From Parasphingorhabdus sp. (GTDB taxonomy: Bacteria; Pseudomonadota; Alphaproteobacteria; Sphingomonadales; Sphingomonadaceae), in assembly GCF_036963705.1 (NCBI RefSeq), contig NZ_JBALUT010000003.1:4595-68594 (forward strand): 64,000 nucleotides of DNA. The letters are read 5' to 3'. The position numbers were made by a program, and so were the translations under genes. The notes below the pieces were generated by a model that saw only the letters and a list, made by a program, of their open reading frames with translations, ran no database searches and had not been told where the DNA came from. Of the stretch, positions 19,083-28,520 are shown in pieces; the first letter of the stretch is position 1; each line of letters starts with the position of its first letter.

Positions 19083-20261
19083 ATGAACGAAGAACAATTC
19101 GGAGCATCATTGCTACAACGGGCCAAGGCTATATTATTAAAGCCGCGTGAAGAATGGCCGGTTATTGAAGGTGAAGCAGCGAGCATCGCTTCAATCTACA
19201 AATCCTACATTATTCCGCTGGCGGCGATCGGACCTGTGGCCGGGTTCATTCATGCTATCCTGTTTGGCAACAGCTTTTTCGGTATTACACACCGGCCGTC
19301 TTTCCTGTCCGCTCTGTCGACCGCAGTGGTCAGCTATATATTCACCCTGATCGGTGTTTTCCTGATGGCATTGGTGATCGACTTTCTGGCGCCCCGTTTC
19401 GGTGGCACCGCGAACCGGACCAATGCGTTCAAGCTGGCCGCCTATAGCGCAACCGCTGCGTGGGTGGCGGGAGCATTCCAGCTTGTGCCAGGCCTTGGAA
19501 TGCTCACCATTCTAGGATTATATGGATTATATCTGCTTTATGTAGGCATTCCGGTCATGATGAAGGCGCCGGACGACAAAGCGGTAATCTACACCGTAGC
19601 AATCGTGGTTGTCGGCGCGATCGCAGGGATGATTTTCAGTTTGATTCTGGCCCCGCTGATGCTCATGACCAGCAGCGTACCAGACGCCAGCGATGGCAGC
19701 CTGTCCGGTAGCTTCAACGTGCCCGGCGTGGGTTCGCTAGATTTGGGCGAGTTGGAAAAAGCCGGCGAGAAAATGGCGGCCGCAAACGAACGGGCGCAAA
19801 ACGGCCAGGCCACTACATTGCCGTCAAAACAACTCGCTGCAATGCTTCCGGCCAGTCTGCCCGGCGGGTTGGTCCAGACCAGAACACAGTCTAGCGGCAC
19901 GTCGGTTGGCGGTGTCGGAGCGTCCAGCGCGTCGGCCAGCTATGGCAATGACGAGAAGAGCATAGATCTCGTCATCACCGATCTGGGGATTGCAGGGAGC
20001 CTCGCTACATTGGGCGGTGCAATGAATATGGAATCCGAAAGCCAGAACGGTACGGTGATCGAAAAAATGGGTAAGATCGACGGTCGTCTCACCACAATCC
20101 GTTATGACAGCGCCAGCAAGGATGGCCGCTACGGGATGATCGTGGGTGACCGTTTCAACGTCCAGGCCGATGGATATGCCAATTCGATCGGAGATCTGCG
20201 AGCGGTGCTCGATCAGATCGATCTGGGGGCGTTGGAAGCGATCGCAAGATCCGGCGAGTGA
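19083..20261 (+). CDS. Yip1-domain membrane protein with a long soluble C-terminal extension
   Basis: N-terminal ~200 aa have 5 TM in a Yip1-like layout (YKSYIIPLAAIGPVAGFI). The C-terminal ~190 aa are unassigned. Confidence 0.7.
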   Translation: MNEEQFGASLLQRAKAILLKPREEWPVIEGEAASIASIYKSYIIPLAAIGPVAGFIHAILFGNSFFGITHRPSFLSALSTAVVSYIFTLIGVFLMALVIDFLAPRFGGTANRTNAFKLAAYSATAAWVAGAFQLVPGLGMLTILGLYGLYLLYVGIPVMMKAPDDKAVIYTVAIVVVGAIAGMIFSLILAPLMLMTSSVPDASDGSLSGSFNVPGVGSLDLGELEKAGEKMAAANERAQNGQATTLPSKQLAAMLPASLPGGLVQTRTQSSGTSVGGVGASSASASYGNDEKSIDLVITDLGIAGSLATLGGAMNMESESQNGTVIEKMGKIDGRLTTIRYDSASKDGRYGMIVGDRFNVQADGYANSIGDLRAVLDQIDLGALEAIARSGE

Positions 20262-20707
20262 AAATAGTCTCGCGAAAGGGCCTGCGCTTTTATCTTGGTT
20301 GGTCGCTGGTCTCTTCGCTACTTCTAGTCACGAGTTGTTCGACAATGGATGGCATTGCAAAGGCTGCCTGCCCCGAGTCACAAGCGATGCAGATAGAAAA
20401 TTACCCATCTTCGATCCTGTTTCCGGACGATGCTATTATCGAACAGCAGACCGCAGGCCATCCGCCGGAATATGCCAGCGATAATTACGCCGTTGTAGCG
20501 CAGACGCCGGGAACGGTTGACACTGTATCGGCTTTTTATCGCTGCATGCTGCCCCGCCAGAATCTGTCGATCATCAGCGAAGAGCAAGGCAATGTCCTGC
20601 TCATTCGCTTCGCGGGAGAGGCGGTTGATGATGGCTCGATCACGCTCAGCGACGACGTTGAAGGCGGCGGAACCCGCATTGAAATTTTCGTGATCGAGAA
20701 AGAATAA
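20258..20707 (+). CDS. Hypothetical lipoprotein
   Basis: GTG overlaps the upstream stop (GTGA). Signal peptide with LLLVTSC lipobox. Confidence 0.55.
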   Translation: MKIVSRKGLRFYLGWSLVSSLLLVTSCSTMDGIAKAACPESQAMQIENYPSSILFPDDAIIEQQTAGHPPEYASDNYAVVAQTPGTVDTVSAFYRCMLPRQNLSIISEEQGNVLLIRFAGEAVDDGSITLSDDVEGGGTRIEIFVIEKE

Positions 20708-20830
20708 CAGGATCCTTTGATCCGGTAAAATCGAGGAAATATAGAAAAACCCTTGCTATACCAGCCACATGCACGAGAAGAGAATTTCCTTCCGGCGACC
20801 AGCGCCCGGAATATTGCATGGGAATATGGG

Positions 20831-21394
20831 ATGGGGAGCAATAGCGTTGAACGTGGAGCGGAAAGCCGCAGCCTGAACCTGTCCGAAGAACTGATCGCCG
20901 AAACCTATGATGCCCTGCGCCGGATAGCATCCCGGCAACTGAGCAGGCAGGCGAACGGTCCATCGCTTAACACTACGATGATCGTTCACGAGGCCTGGCT
21001 AAAATTATCAGCATCCGAAGGCTCTTCCTACACCGACCGCAACCATTATCTGGCAACGGCATCCCGGGCCATGCGGCAGATATTGGTCGATCACGCCCGC
21101 CGCAAGACCGCTGGCAAGCGCGGCGGGGGTGCAGCTCATGTCCAGCTGGACGAAAATCTTGTGGCAGACACTGCCCCTTCGGAGGCGATAGTGACAATTG
21201 ATGAAGCGCTTGCGGCGCTATCTGACCGGGTTCCGGAATTGGAGGCAGTGGTCGAATGCCGGTTCTTCGCCGGTCTGTCCGTCGAGGAAACCGCACAGGC
21301 TCTGGATCGCTCTACGCGGACTGTCGAACGGCAGTGGACGCGGGCGCGGATCTATCTCGCGGAACATTTCGTGGCGGATGATGGCGCTGTTTGA
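20831..21394 (+). CDS. ECF-type sigma-70 factor (kinase-associated ECF subgroup)
   Basis: TTMIVHEAWLKLS...RNHYLATASRAMRQILVDHARRKTAGKRGGG matches the TIGR02999-like ECF family, with a region 4 HTH (SVEETAQALDRSTRTVERQW). Start at ATG 20831; the ORF track starts at 20753. Confidence 0.85.
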   Translation: MGSNSVERGAESRSLNLSEELIAETYDALRRIASRQLSRQANGPSLNTTMIVHEAWLKLSASEGSSYTDRNHYLATASRAMRQILVDHARRKTAGKRGGGAAHVQLDENLVADTAPSEAIVTIDEALAALSDRVPELEAVVECRFFAGLSVEETAQALDRSTRTVERQWTRARIYLAEHFVADDGAV

Positions 21395-21503
21395 CGTTAT
21401 CAGACCGACAAGGAAATTCATGGTCGCTTATGAATTCTCATGGAAACAGGATCGCAAACCAGTCCTCCCAATCTAGTGGGTCGCATATGACAACGGACGC
21501 AAA

Positions 21504-23990
21504 ATGAAACAGGATATCAGCATGTCTGATTGGGAAAGGGTCGATTACGCTCTCGACCACGTCTTGTCATTGGCGTCCGGCAAGCGTGCTTCATGGATCA
21601 AGAAACATTTCGCCGCTGAACCCGCACTCGGTTTGCGGACGAAAATATTGCTCGATAAGGCATCCAAAAATGATGCGCTGTTCACCGTGCTGGAACAACA
21701 GCGCGACATGTTTCTCGATATGGTCGTGCCCGAATTTGCCAGTGATTCCGATGATCTGCGGATAGGGGCACATTATGGACCATGGAAGGTTGTCTCCCAT
21801 ATCGGATCGGGAGGGCTCGCCGAGGTCTACGAGGTCGAACGGGATGATGATCGCTACCGGCAGAAAGCGGCGCTGAAAATCATGCGCGCGTCGATCCTGA
21901 GCGATGATCTGATCAAATTATTCCATCGCGAACGCAATGTGCTGGCCAGTCTGGATCATCACGGGCTGGTGAGGATCATTGATGGTGGCGAGACGGCCAC
22001 CGGATCACCCTGGCTGGTCATGGAATATGTCGATGGTCTGGCGATTACCGAATATTGTGCTACAAATGATCTGCCTCTGGCGGAGCGGCTCGCGCTCGTC
22101 GCACAAGCGGCGGATGCGTTGCAGGCCGCCCATAACCGATTGGTCCTGCACGGCGATATCAAGCCCGAACATGTCGTGGTTCAGGAAGACGGGTCGATCA
22201 AGCTGCTGGACTTCGGCATCGCCCAGTTGCTCGACGAGGACGGGCTGGGTGGTCCGGCCATCGCCGTGTCTCCCGCTATCGCCTCGCCCGAACATCGTGC
22301 CGGTCAGGCCCTGACCATCAGCAGCGATGTCTATCAGCTGGGGCTGGTCCTGAAGCAGCTGATTTCCGATTTTGACCTTGATGCCGACCATATAGCGGTG
22401 GCGGAGATGGCAACGGCTTCCGATCCGGCGGCAAGATATCCGTCCGCTGCGCAATTGGCGATGGACCTGAGAAAGCTGGTCGACGGCCAGGCAGTCATGG
22501 CTGCGCCGGATAGCAAAGCGGCAGGGATTTGGCGCCTGATCAAGCGCAATCCATGGACAGCAGTCTTGGCGGCAGCCTTGTTACTGGGCTTTGCTGGCTG
22601 GGGATTGACCGCCTCGATCTATGCGAGCCAGATTCGCGAACAGAGGAATATCGCGGTCGCGGCTCTCGACCGGGTCGAACGGGGCAAGGATATGCTGCTC
22701 AATCTGTTTCGGCGGTTCGATCCGCTGGAAATGGACGCGGTCGGCCCGCAATCGGCGACGACCCTCAGGATGCTGGAAGCTTCTCTGGCGGATGCACGCG
22801 AGAATCTGGCGGATGATCCGGCTTTGATAGCGGACTTGCTGGGCTGGACCGCGCGCAGTCACCAACGGGCCGACGATCTGCCAGCCGCGCAGAAACTGGC
22901 GGCAGAAGCGGTGGCTTTGCTGGACAGAGCCAATGCACCGCAAGACAACGCCTATGCCGCTGCTCTTGCCTATCTGGGCTATCTGCAAAACCTGGGTGGT
23001 GACCGGAAGGCAGGTGAGGAGAAGCTGGACAGAGCGCTGGCCCTGCTTGGACGGAACAAGAGCGAAGATATTCATGCGCTCGACATATTGTTGTTGGCGG
23101 CCTGGAATCAGGAAGGGAACTGGTCGGAGCAGAAAGAGCTGTTCGAACGGGTGGAGACCCTGGCAGGGAAGCTCGATCAAATCCCCGCTGCTGTTGAAGC
23201 GGGTTCTGGGCTGGGCCGGTCCCTGGTCGGTCTGGGAGAGGGCGCCGCCGCAGAAGCCCAGCTGGACAAGACCCTTGTCGTCGCCCGCAAATATTATGGC
23301 GATGATCACCCGCGCCTGTCGATCATCTATTCCGATCTCGGCCGGCTGGCAGCAACGCAAGGCAAGCCGGAACCAGCGATAGAATATCATCGCAAGGCTC
23401 TGGAATTGTCGATCGCCGCCTTTGGCCCCGATTATTCGTCCAACCTGTCACATCGCAACAATCTGGCTCTGGCTCTGGTCGAGGCAGGTCAGGTCGAAGA
23501 GGCGATATCCCAGTTTCGGCAGGTCCTGGTGCAGACCCGATCCCTACATGGGAAGCGGTCTTTGGAAGCGGGAGAGGTGAAGCAGAATCTGGCAGCAGCC
23601 CTCGTCCAGTCAGGGCAATTTGCCCAAGCCGAAAAGGATTTGCGGGATGTCGACAATATTTTCGCGCGCCATCTTCCGGACGATCACCCGCGCCGCGCCT
23701 TTCCATCGCTAACCCGCGCCGAAATGCGTATCGCGCAAGGCCGTTTTGTCGAAGCGCAGGTTGACGCGCAGCGCGCATTCGATTTGCTCTCGCGGGTATT
23801 ACCTGCCGGCCATTTCGCGACCGAGGTGGCCCGGTGCCGGATCGGGATATCGATAATGGGACAGGGAAAGAAGAGGGAAGCGAAGCCGTTTATTCAGTCC
23901 GCCTATAGCGGCCTGAAGGCGTCGAAAATACCGCTGCCGGATCGGTATCTGCTTCCTTGCAAGGCAGCCGCAGCGAAATTCTCTAGCTAG
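21504..23990 (+). CDS. Membrane Ser/Thr protein kinase with C-terminal TPR repeats
   Basis: Kinase motifs GSGGLAEVY, AALKIM, HGDIKPEHV and DFGIA. One TM (WTAVLAAALLLGFAGWGLTASIY), then ~430 aa of TPR-like helices. Confidence 0.9.
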   Translation: MKQDISMSDWERVDYALDHVLSLASGKRASWIKKHFAAEPALGLRTKILLDKASKNDALFTVLEQQRDMFLDMVVPEFASDSDDLRIGAHYGPWKVVSHIGSGGLAEVYEVERDDDRYRQKAALKIMRASILSDDLIKLFHRERNVLASLDHHGLVRIIDGGETATGSPWLVMEYVDGLAITEYCATNDLPLAERLALVAQAADALQAAHNRLVLHGDIKPEHVVVQEDGSIKLLDFGIAQLLDEDGLGGPAIAVSPAIASPEHRAGQALTISSDVYQLGLVLKQLISDFDLDADHIAVAEMATASDPAARYPSAAQLAMDLRKLVDGQAVMAAPDSKAAGIWRLIKRNPWTAVLAAALLLGFAGWGLTASIYASQIREQRNIAVAALDRVERGKDMLLNLFRRFDPLEMDAVGPQSATTLRMLEASLADARENLADDPALIADLLGWTARSHQRADDLPAAQKLAAEAVALLDRANAPQDNAYAAALAYLGYLQNLGGDRKAGEEKLDRALALLGRNKSEDIHALDILLLAAWNQEGNWSEQKELFERVETLAGKLDQIPAAVEAGSGLGRSLVGLGEGAAAEAQLDKTLVVARKYYGDDHPRLSIIYSDLGRLAATQGKPEPAIEYHRKALELSIAAFGPDYSSNLSHRNNLALALVEAGQVEEAISQFRQVLVQTRSLHGKRSLEAGEVKQNLAAALVQSGQFAQAEKDLRDVDNIFARHLPDDHPRRAFPSLTRAEMRIAQGRFVEAQVDAQRAFDLLSRVLPAGHFATEVARCRIGISIMGQGKKREAKPFIQSAYSGLKASKIPLPDRYLLPCKAAAAKFSS

Positions 23991-24106
23991 TTTCTTCTGA
24001 AAATTGGCGGTATTTTTCATTGCTTTGCGTTGGAGGGGTGATTGGCAATGATCTTGAGGATCATCCTGCCAATCATTCGATGTTTCAACGGCAAAGGATT
24101 GCTGAA

Positions 24107-24967
24107 ATGCCAGTATCAAGCTTCAGATCGATATTAACCGCCATCGCATTCGTTTCAGCTTCTCTGTCTTCGTCGGCAATGGCGGCGCCGGCAAGTCAAC
24201 CCGGCCCGGGGCACGATGCGCAGGATATCGGAATCTGTGCTGCTCCAACCAGCTGGGTGGGGACGGACAAGGTTCTGACCTGTACATGCCCGGCGAATTT
24301 CGACATTTCGACTTCGCTGTGGGGCACCGATATTTATACGGCGGATTCCTATATCTGTTCCACAGCACTCCACGCCTCGGTTCTGGATCGCAGCGGCGGA
24401 CGCGTGACAATCGAAATGCTGCCCGGTCAGAATAGCTACACCGGTTCGAAACGGCATGGCGTATCGACCCGGAGTTACGGGAAATATCGCGCCAGCTACC
24501 GCTTTGTTGATGCGGTCGAAGTCAATTCAAGCGGAGCTTCGGCCAGTGGTCGCAATCGGGCCAATGGCAATGGACGGAAATCAAGATCTGGGAGTTCTTT
24601 TGAACGCGATGCCGCAGCCATATTGGGCAGTCTTGGTTTGGGCAATTTGGGTCAGGTGGAAAATCAACTGACCGGCGAAGATATCGGGGAATGCCGCGCG
24701 GCATCCAAATGGCGAGGCACCGGCAAAGCGCTGAGTTGCTCATGCCCTGCAAATATCTCGAACACGGGGTCAGTATGGGGAACCGACATTTACACGGATG
24801 ATTCCTATATCTGCAAAGCAGCGCTCCATGCCGGACGGATCGACCGTTCCGGCGGGCAGGTGTCGATCCAGATGCTCCCCGGGCAATCCTCTTATGCAGG
24901 AACCAGGCGCAATGGCGTCACGACAATGTCCTACCGCAGCTATGCAGGCAGCTACCGGTTCAATTGA
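24107..24967 (+). CDS. Secreted protein with two LCCL domains
   Basis: Signal peptide (MPVSSFRSILTAIAFVSASLSSSAMA). Two copies of C.CP....S.WGTDIYT.DSYIC..ALHA...DRSGG.V.I.MLPGQ.SY.G..R.GV. Confidence 0.8.
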   Translation: MPVSSFRSILTAIAFVSASLSSSAMAAPASQPGPGHDAQDIGICAAPTSWVGTDKVLTCTCPANFDISTSLWGTDIYTADSYICSTALHASVLDRSGGRVTIEMLPGQNSYTGSKRHGVSTRSYGKYRASYRFVDAVEVNSSGASASGRNRANGNGRKSRSGSSFERDAAAILGSLGLGNLGQVENQLTGEDIGECRAASKWRGTGKALSCSCPANISNTGSVWGTDIYTDDSYICKAALHAGRIDRSGGQVSIQMLPGQSSYAGTRRNGVTTMSYRSYAGSYRFN

Positions 24968-25053
24968 TGTGAACCGGTGGGCCCCGAGCAGGGCTGGAGG
25001 CCGGCCCCGCATCTATCAGATTAACATTTGGCATGGCGCAACGGAGAGAAGAT

Positions 25054-25512
25054 ATGAAAAATAGCAGAGTAATTTGGACGATGGCAGCACCGATATTACT
25101 GGTGACGGCATGTTCCGATGATCCGAAGCAGCCAGAGGCTGTTGCCAATGGCCCGCTGGAGATCAGCAAGGTGGAGTCACCACCACCCGCCTTTTTGCCC
25201 AAGGATATGGACTGGATGCCAAAGGATATCTGGCTTCCCGCCGACTTTGAACCGACGCAAAGCCAGAAGATGAATCCGATGGCAGAAACTTATCTCCTGC
25301 GCGGCAATACACAGACCAGCGCCGCTGACCTGCTGGCGGCCTATAATGACCGCATGATTGCAGCCGGATATGAGCTGTTTCCTGTGGAAGAACCAAAACC
25401 GGGGATGATGATGTTTCGTGGAAACGGCCATGGTATGGTCATCATCGATGTCAAAGACGACGGCATTAAACGGGTGCTGGTCGTTAGCGTCGAAAATGCG
25501 ACCGGCAATTAG
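25054..25512 (+). CDS. Hypothetical lipoprotein
   Basis: MKNSRVIWTMAAPILLVTAC lipobox. No recognisable domain. Confidence 0.6.
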   Translation: MKNSRVIWTMAAPILLVTACSDDPKQPEAVANGPLEISKVESPPPAFLPKDMDWMPKDIWLPADFEPTQSQKMNPMAETYLLRGNTQTSAADLLAAYNDRMIAAGYELFPVEEPKPGMMMFRGNGHGMVIIDVKDDGIKRVLVVSVENATGN

Positions 25513-25593
25513 CACCGGTTTCAATATCCCGTGATGACGCGGCTACCGATCACGGCTCCAATTATCTTTCGGTAATATTATCAGGAAATACTC

Positions 25594-26025
25594 ATGAAAT
25601 TTCACACCGCTCTGCTGCTTCCTTTGCTCCTTTCCGCCTGTGGTCAGTCAGAAGATCAGGCGGCATCATCTGCCGGGATATGGAACGCCGCTGGCGCTTC
25701 GGAGGTGGCGGTTGCTGGTCTGACTCCGGCCCATCTCGAAGGCCCGTGGTGCTATTCCCATAATATGATCAGCGACGAGCGGAGCGATGAAATGCTCGGC
25801 TTCGTTTTCGCGCAGGACGGAACATTATTATACCAGACCAATTCAGCAACCGAGATTGAAAAGCCGGGAAGCTATGTCATCGATGGCAGCAGTATCAAGA
25901 TCAAACCGACCCTGGCTTTCTTCAACATGCAGCTGGAAAGCCTGTCAAAAGACGAAATGGTGTTCAAGATGGCATATGGATTGATGTACTGGACTCGCGG
26001 GGCTTGTAAAGCGCAGGCTATGTAG
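25594..26025 (+). CDS. Hypothetical lipoprotein
   Basis: MKFHTALLLPLLLSAC lipobox. 143 aa. Confidence 0.6.
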   Translation: MKFHTALLLPLLLSACGQSEDQAASSAGIWNAAGASEVAVAGLTPAHLEGPWCYSHNMISDERSDEMLGFVFAQDGTLLYQTNSATEIEKPGSYVIDGSSIKIKPTLAFFNMQLESLSKDEMVFKMAYGLMYWTRGACKAQAM

Positions 26026-26367
26026 TTGCTCGTGCGTTGGGCAAGGGTGTGCCAGCGCCCGGACGCTTTTCGAACATAGATGTCCTCGAATTAGTGCATT
26101 GGGAACTCGGGCCGCTGCTTTCAGACCGCTGCATGCGGGTTGAAACACGCTGAATTACAGCCATCTGCCGCCGGCCCGAGAAGATATATTTTTCCGCTGG
26201 ACCAGAGGGAACGTCCTGCTGTCCGCAGATCTCCGCCGCATTCAACCACAAACACACGCTTCGTCCAATTGCGGATATCTTGACAAGGTTTCAAATAATC
26301 TTAGGCCGTCATGTTCAAATGCAATTCAATCAAAGCGTTACCTTTGAACATCAACTGGAGAAATTAA

Positions 26368-27540
26368 ATGCGTGAAGCAGTCATCGTATCCTATGCCCGT
26401 ACCGGGCTCGCCAAAGCAGGTCGCGGTGGCTTCAATATCACGCCCCCGATGACGATGGCGGCTCATGCGATCAAACATGCGGTATCCAAGTCGGGCGTTG
26501 AAAGCGATTTTGTCGATGATTGCATACTCGGCAATGTCGCGCACGCGGCTCCCAATATCGGACGCAACGCGGCGCTTCTCGCTGGTCTTCCAAAAACAAC
26601 GGCTGGCGCAACGGTCAATCGCTTCTGTTCGTCCGGCATGCAGTCGATCGCGATTGCGGCGAACCATATCCGGGGTGATGGCGCGGACTGCGTTGTAGCT
26701 GGCGGCGTCGAGAGCATTTCGATGCAGGGGACAAGAGCACCGGAAGGCAGCATCGACAATGAAATTCTGAAAATTGCTCCGGCGATCTTCATGCCGATGA
26801 TCGAGACTGCCGATATCGTGGCAGAGCGCTATAATATCAGCCGCGAATATCAGGATGAATATTCCCTGCAATCGCAACAGCGGATCGCAGCAGCGCAGGA
26901 AGCCGGGCTATTTGACGATGAAATCGTCCCCATGCAGACCAAGATGAAAATGGTCGACCGGGAAACCAAGGAAGAAACCATTGTCGACTACACCGTCGAC
27001 CGCGACGAGTGCAATCGTCCGACAACAACATTGGAAGGCCTGTCCAGTCTGAAGCCGATCATGGGCGAAGATAAATTTATCACGGCCGGCAACGCCAGCC
27101 AGCTGTCGGACGGAGCGGCCGCTCTCGTGCTGATGGAAGCCAAGGAAGCGGAGCGCCGCGGATTGAAGCCACTGGGCCGTTTTGTGTCCTGGGCGGTGGC
27201 CGGCTGCGAGCCTGATGAAATGGGCATTGGCCCTGTATTTGCGGTTCCCAAGCTGCTTGAACGGCAAGGGCTGACTGTTGACGATATCGACATCTGGGAA
27301 CTGAACGAAGCGTTCGCCAGCCAGTGTCTCTACAGCCGCGACCGTCTGGGAATTGACCCGGCGAAATATAATGTCAACGGCGGCTCGATTTCGATCGGTC
27401 ATCCGTTCGGCATGACCGGTGCGCGCTGTGCCGGCCATCTGTTGCAGGAAGGCCGTCGTCGTGGCGCGAAATGGGGCGTGGTGACCATGTGCATTGGCGG
27501 CGGACAGGGTGGTGCCGGCCTGTTCGAAATTTATCCCTGA
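26368..27540 (+). CDS. Acetyl-CoA C-acyltransferase (thiolase)
   Basis: Has VNRFCSSGMQSI (active Cys), NGGSISIGHPFGMTGAR and CIGGGQG. Confidence 0.95.
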   Translation: MREAVIVSYARTGLAKAGRGGFNITPPMTMAAHAIKHAVSKSGVESDFVDDCILGNVAHAAPNIGRNAALLAGLPKTTAGATVNRFCSSGMQSIAIAANHIRGDGADCVVAGGVESISMQGTRAPEGSIDNEILKIAPAIFMPMIETADIVAERYNISREYQDEYSLQSQQRIAAAQEAGLFDDEIVPMQTKMKMVDRETKEETIVDYTVDRDECNRPTTTLEGLSSLKPIMGEDKFITAGNASQLSDGAAALVLMEAKEAERRGLKPLGRFVSWAVAGCEPDEMGIGPVFAVPKLLERQGLTVDDIDIWELNEAFASQCLYSRDRLGIDPAKYNVNGGSISIGHPFGMTGARCAGHLLQEGRRRGAKWGVVTMCIGGGQGGAGLFEIYP

Positions 27541-27587
27541 ACGCGCATTACTTTAAGCTTGGCGCATATTAAGGAATAGAAGCAGTT

Positions 27588-28514
27588 TTGGAAAAATTGA
27601 CAGACGCACAAGTCGAGCGCCGGTTGTCGGACGCTTTGGCCCATCGATCCTCCGTGCCCGCGGAAAAGCTGATAGCGGGATTGCTCCGTACCTTTGATTT
27701 GACGGCGGAAGAGGATGACGAGTTCATCTTTCCGGCGCTCAATTCAACGGCGCGGGAGCGGATTTTCGGCGGTCAGGTGATTGCCCAGGCGATTGTTGCG
27801 GCGGATCGTACGGTGGATGGCGAAAAGAATATCCATTCGCTCCATTCCTATTTCCTGCGGGCGGGGGATGAAACCAAACCGCTGCATTTCCGGGTGCATC
27901 GCGACTTCGACGGACGCAGTATATCCAACCGCAGGGTTGTCGTCCGGCAGGATGAAAAGGTCATCTTCAACCTGACCGCTTCTTTCCAGAAACCCGCCGA
28001 GGGACTCGAGCATCAGATCACTATGCCCGACGTCTTGCCGCCCGAGCAATGTATGAGCGCGATGGAGCAAATTGCCCGCAATCCGCTGATATCGGACGAG
28101 CATGTCGAGCGGATGAGTATGCCGCGCCCCTTTGAAGTGCGGAGCTTTCGCCCCGAAGGGAAGAATCCGGAAGCGCGCCAATATCAGTGGTTCAAGACGG
28201 TTGCGCCGCTGCCCGATGATCCGTTGACCCACCGCGCCACTCTGGCCTTCGCATCCGATATGGGACTGCTCTCGACGTCGATGATCCCTCACGGGCTGCA
28301 CTGGACCACGCCGGGCCTATTCTCGACCAGCCTCGACCACGCCATGTGGTTCCATGACGACTTCAGGGTCGATCAGTGGATCTGCTATGTCATGGACAGC
28401 GACTGGACCGGCCATACGCGCGGTCTCAATCGCGGGTCACTGTTCACAGAGGACGGGCTTCTGGTGGCGACGGCCGTGCAAGAGGGTATGATCCGCCTGA
28501 CACCAAAAGCCTAA
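27588..28514 (+). CDS. tesB: Acyl-CoA thioesterase II
   Basis: Double hot-dog TesB pattern (RIFGGQVIAQA...HSLHSYFLRAGD...MASDMGLL-like FASDMGLLSTS). TTG start. Confidence 0.88.
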   Translation: MEKLTDAQVERRLSDALAHRSSVPAEKLIAGLLRTFDLTAEEDDEFIFPALNSTARERIFGGQVIAQAIVAADRTVDGEKNIHSLHSYFLRAGDETKPLHFRVHRDFDGRSISNRRVVVRQDEKVIFNLTASFQKPAEGLEHQITMPDVLPPEQCMSAMEQIARNPLISDEHVERMSMPRPFEVRSFRPEGKNPEARQYQWFKTVAPLPDDPLTHRATLAFASDMGLLSTSMIPHGLHWTTPGLFSTSLDHAMWFHDDFRVDQWICYVMDSDWTGHTRGLNRGSLFTEDGLLVATAVQEGMIRLTPKA

Positions 28515-28520
28515 TTGGTC

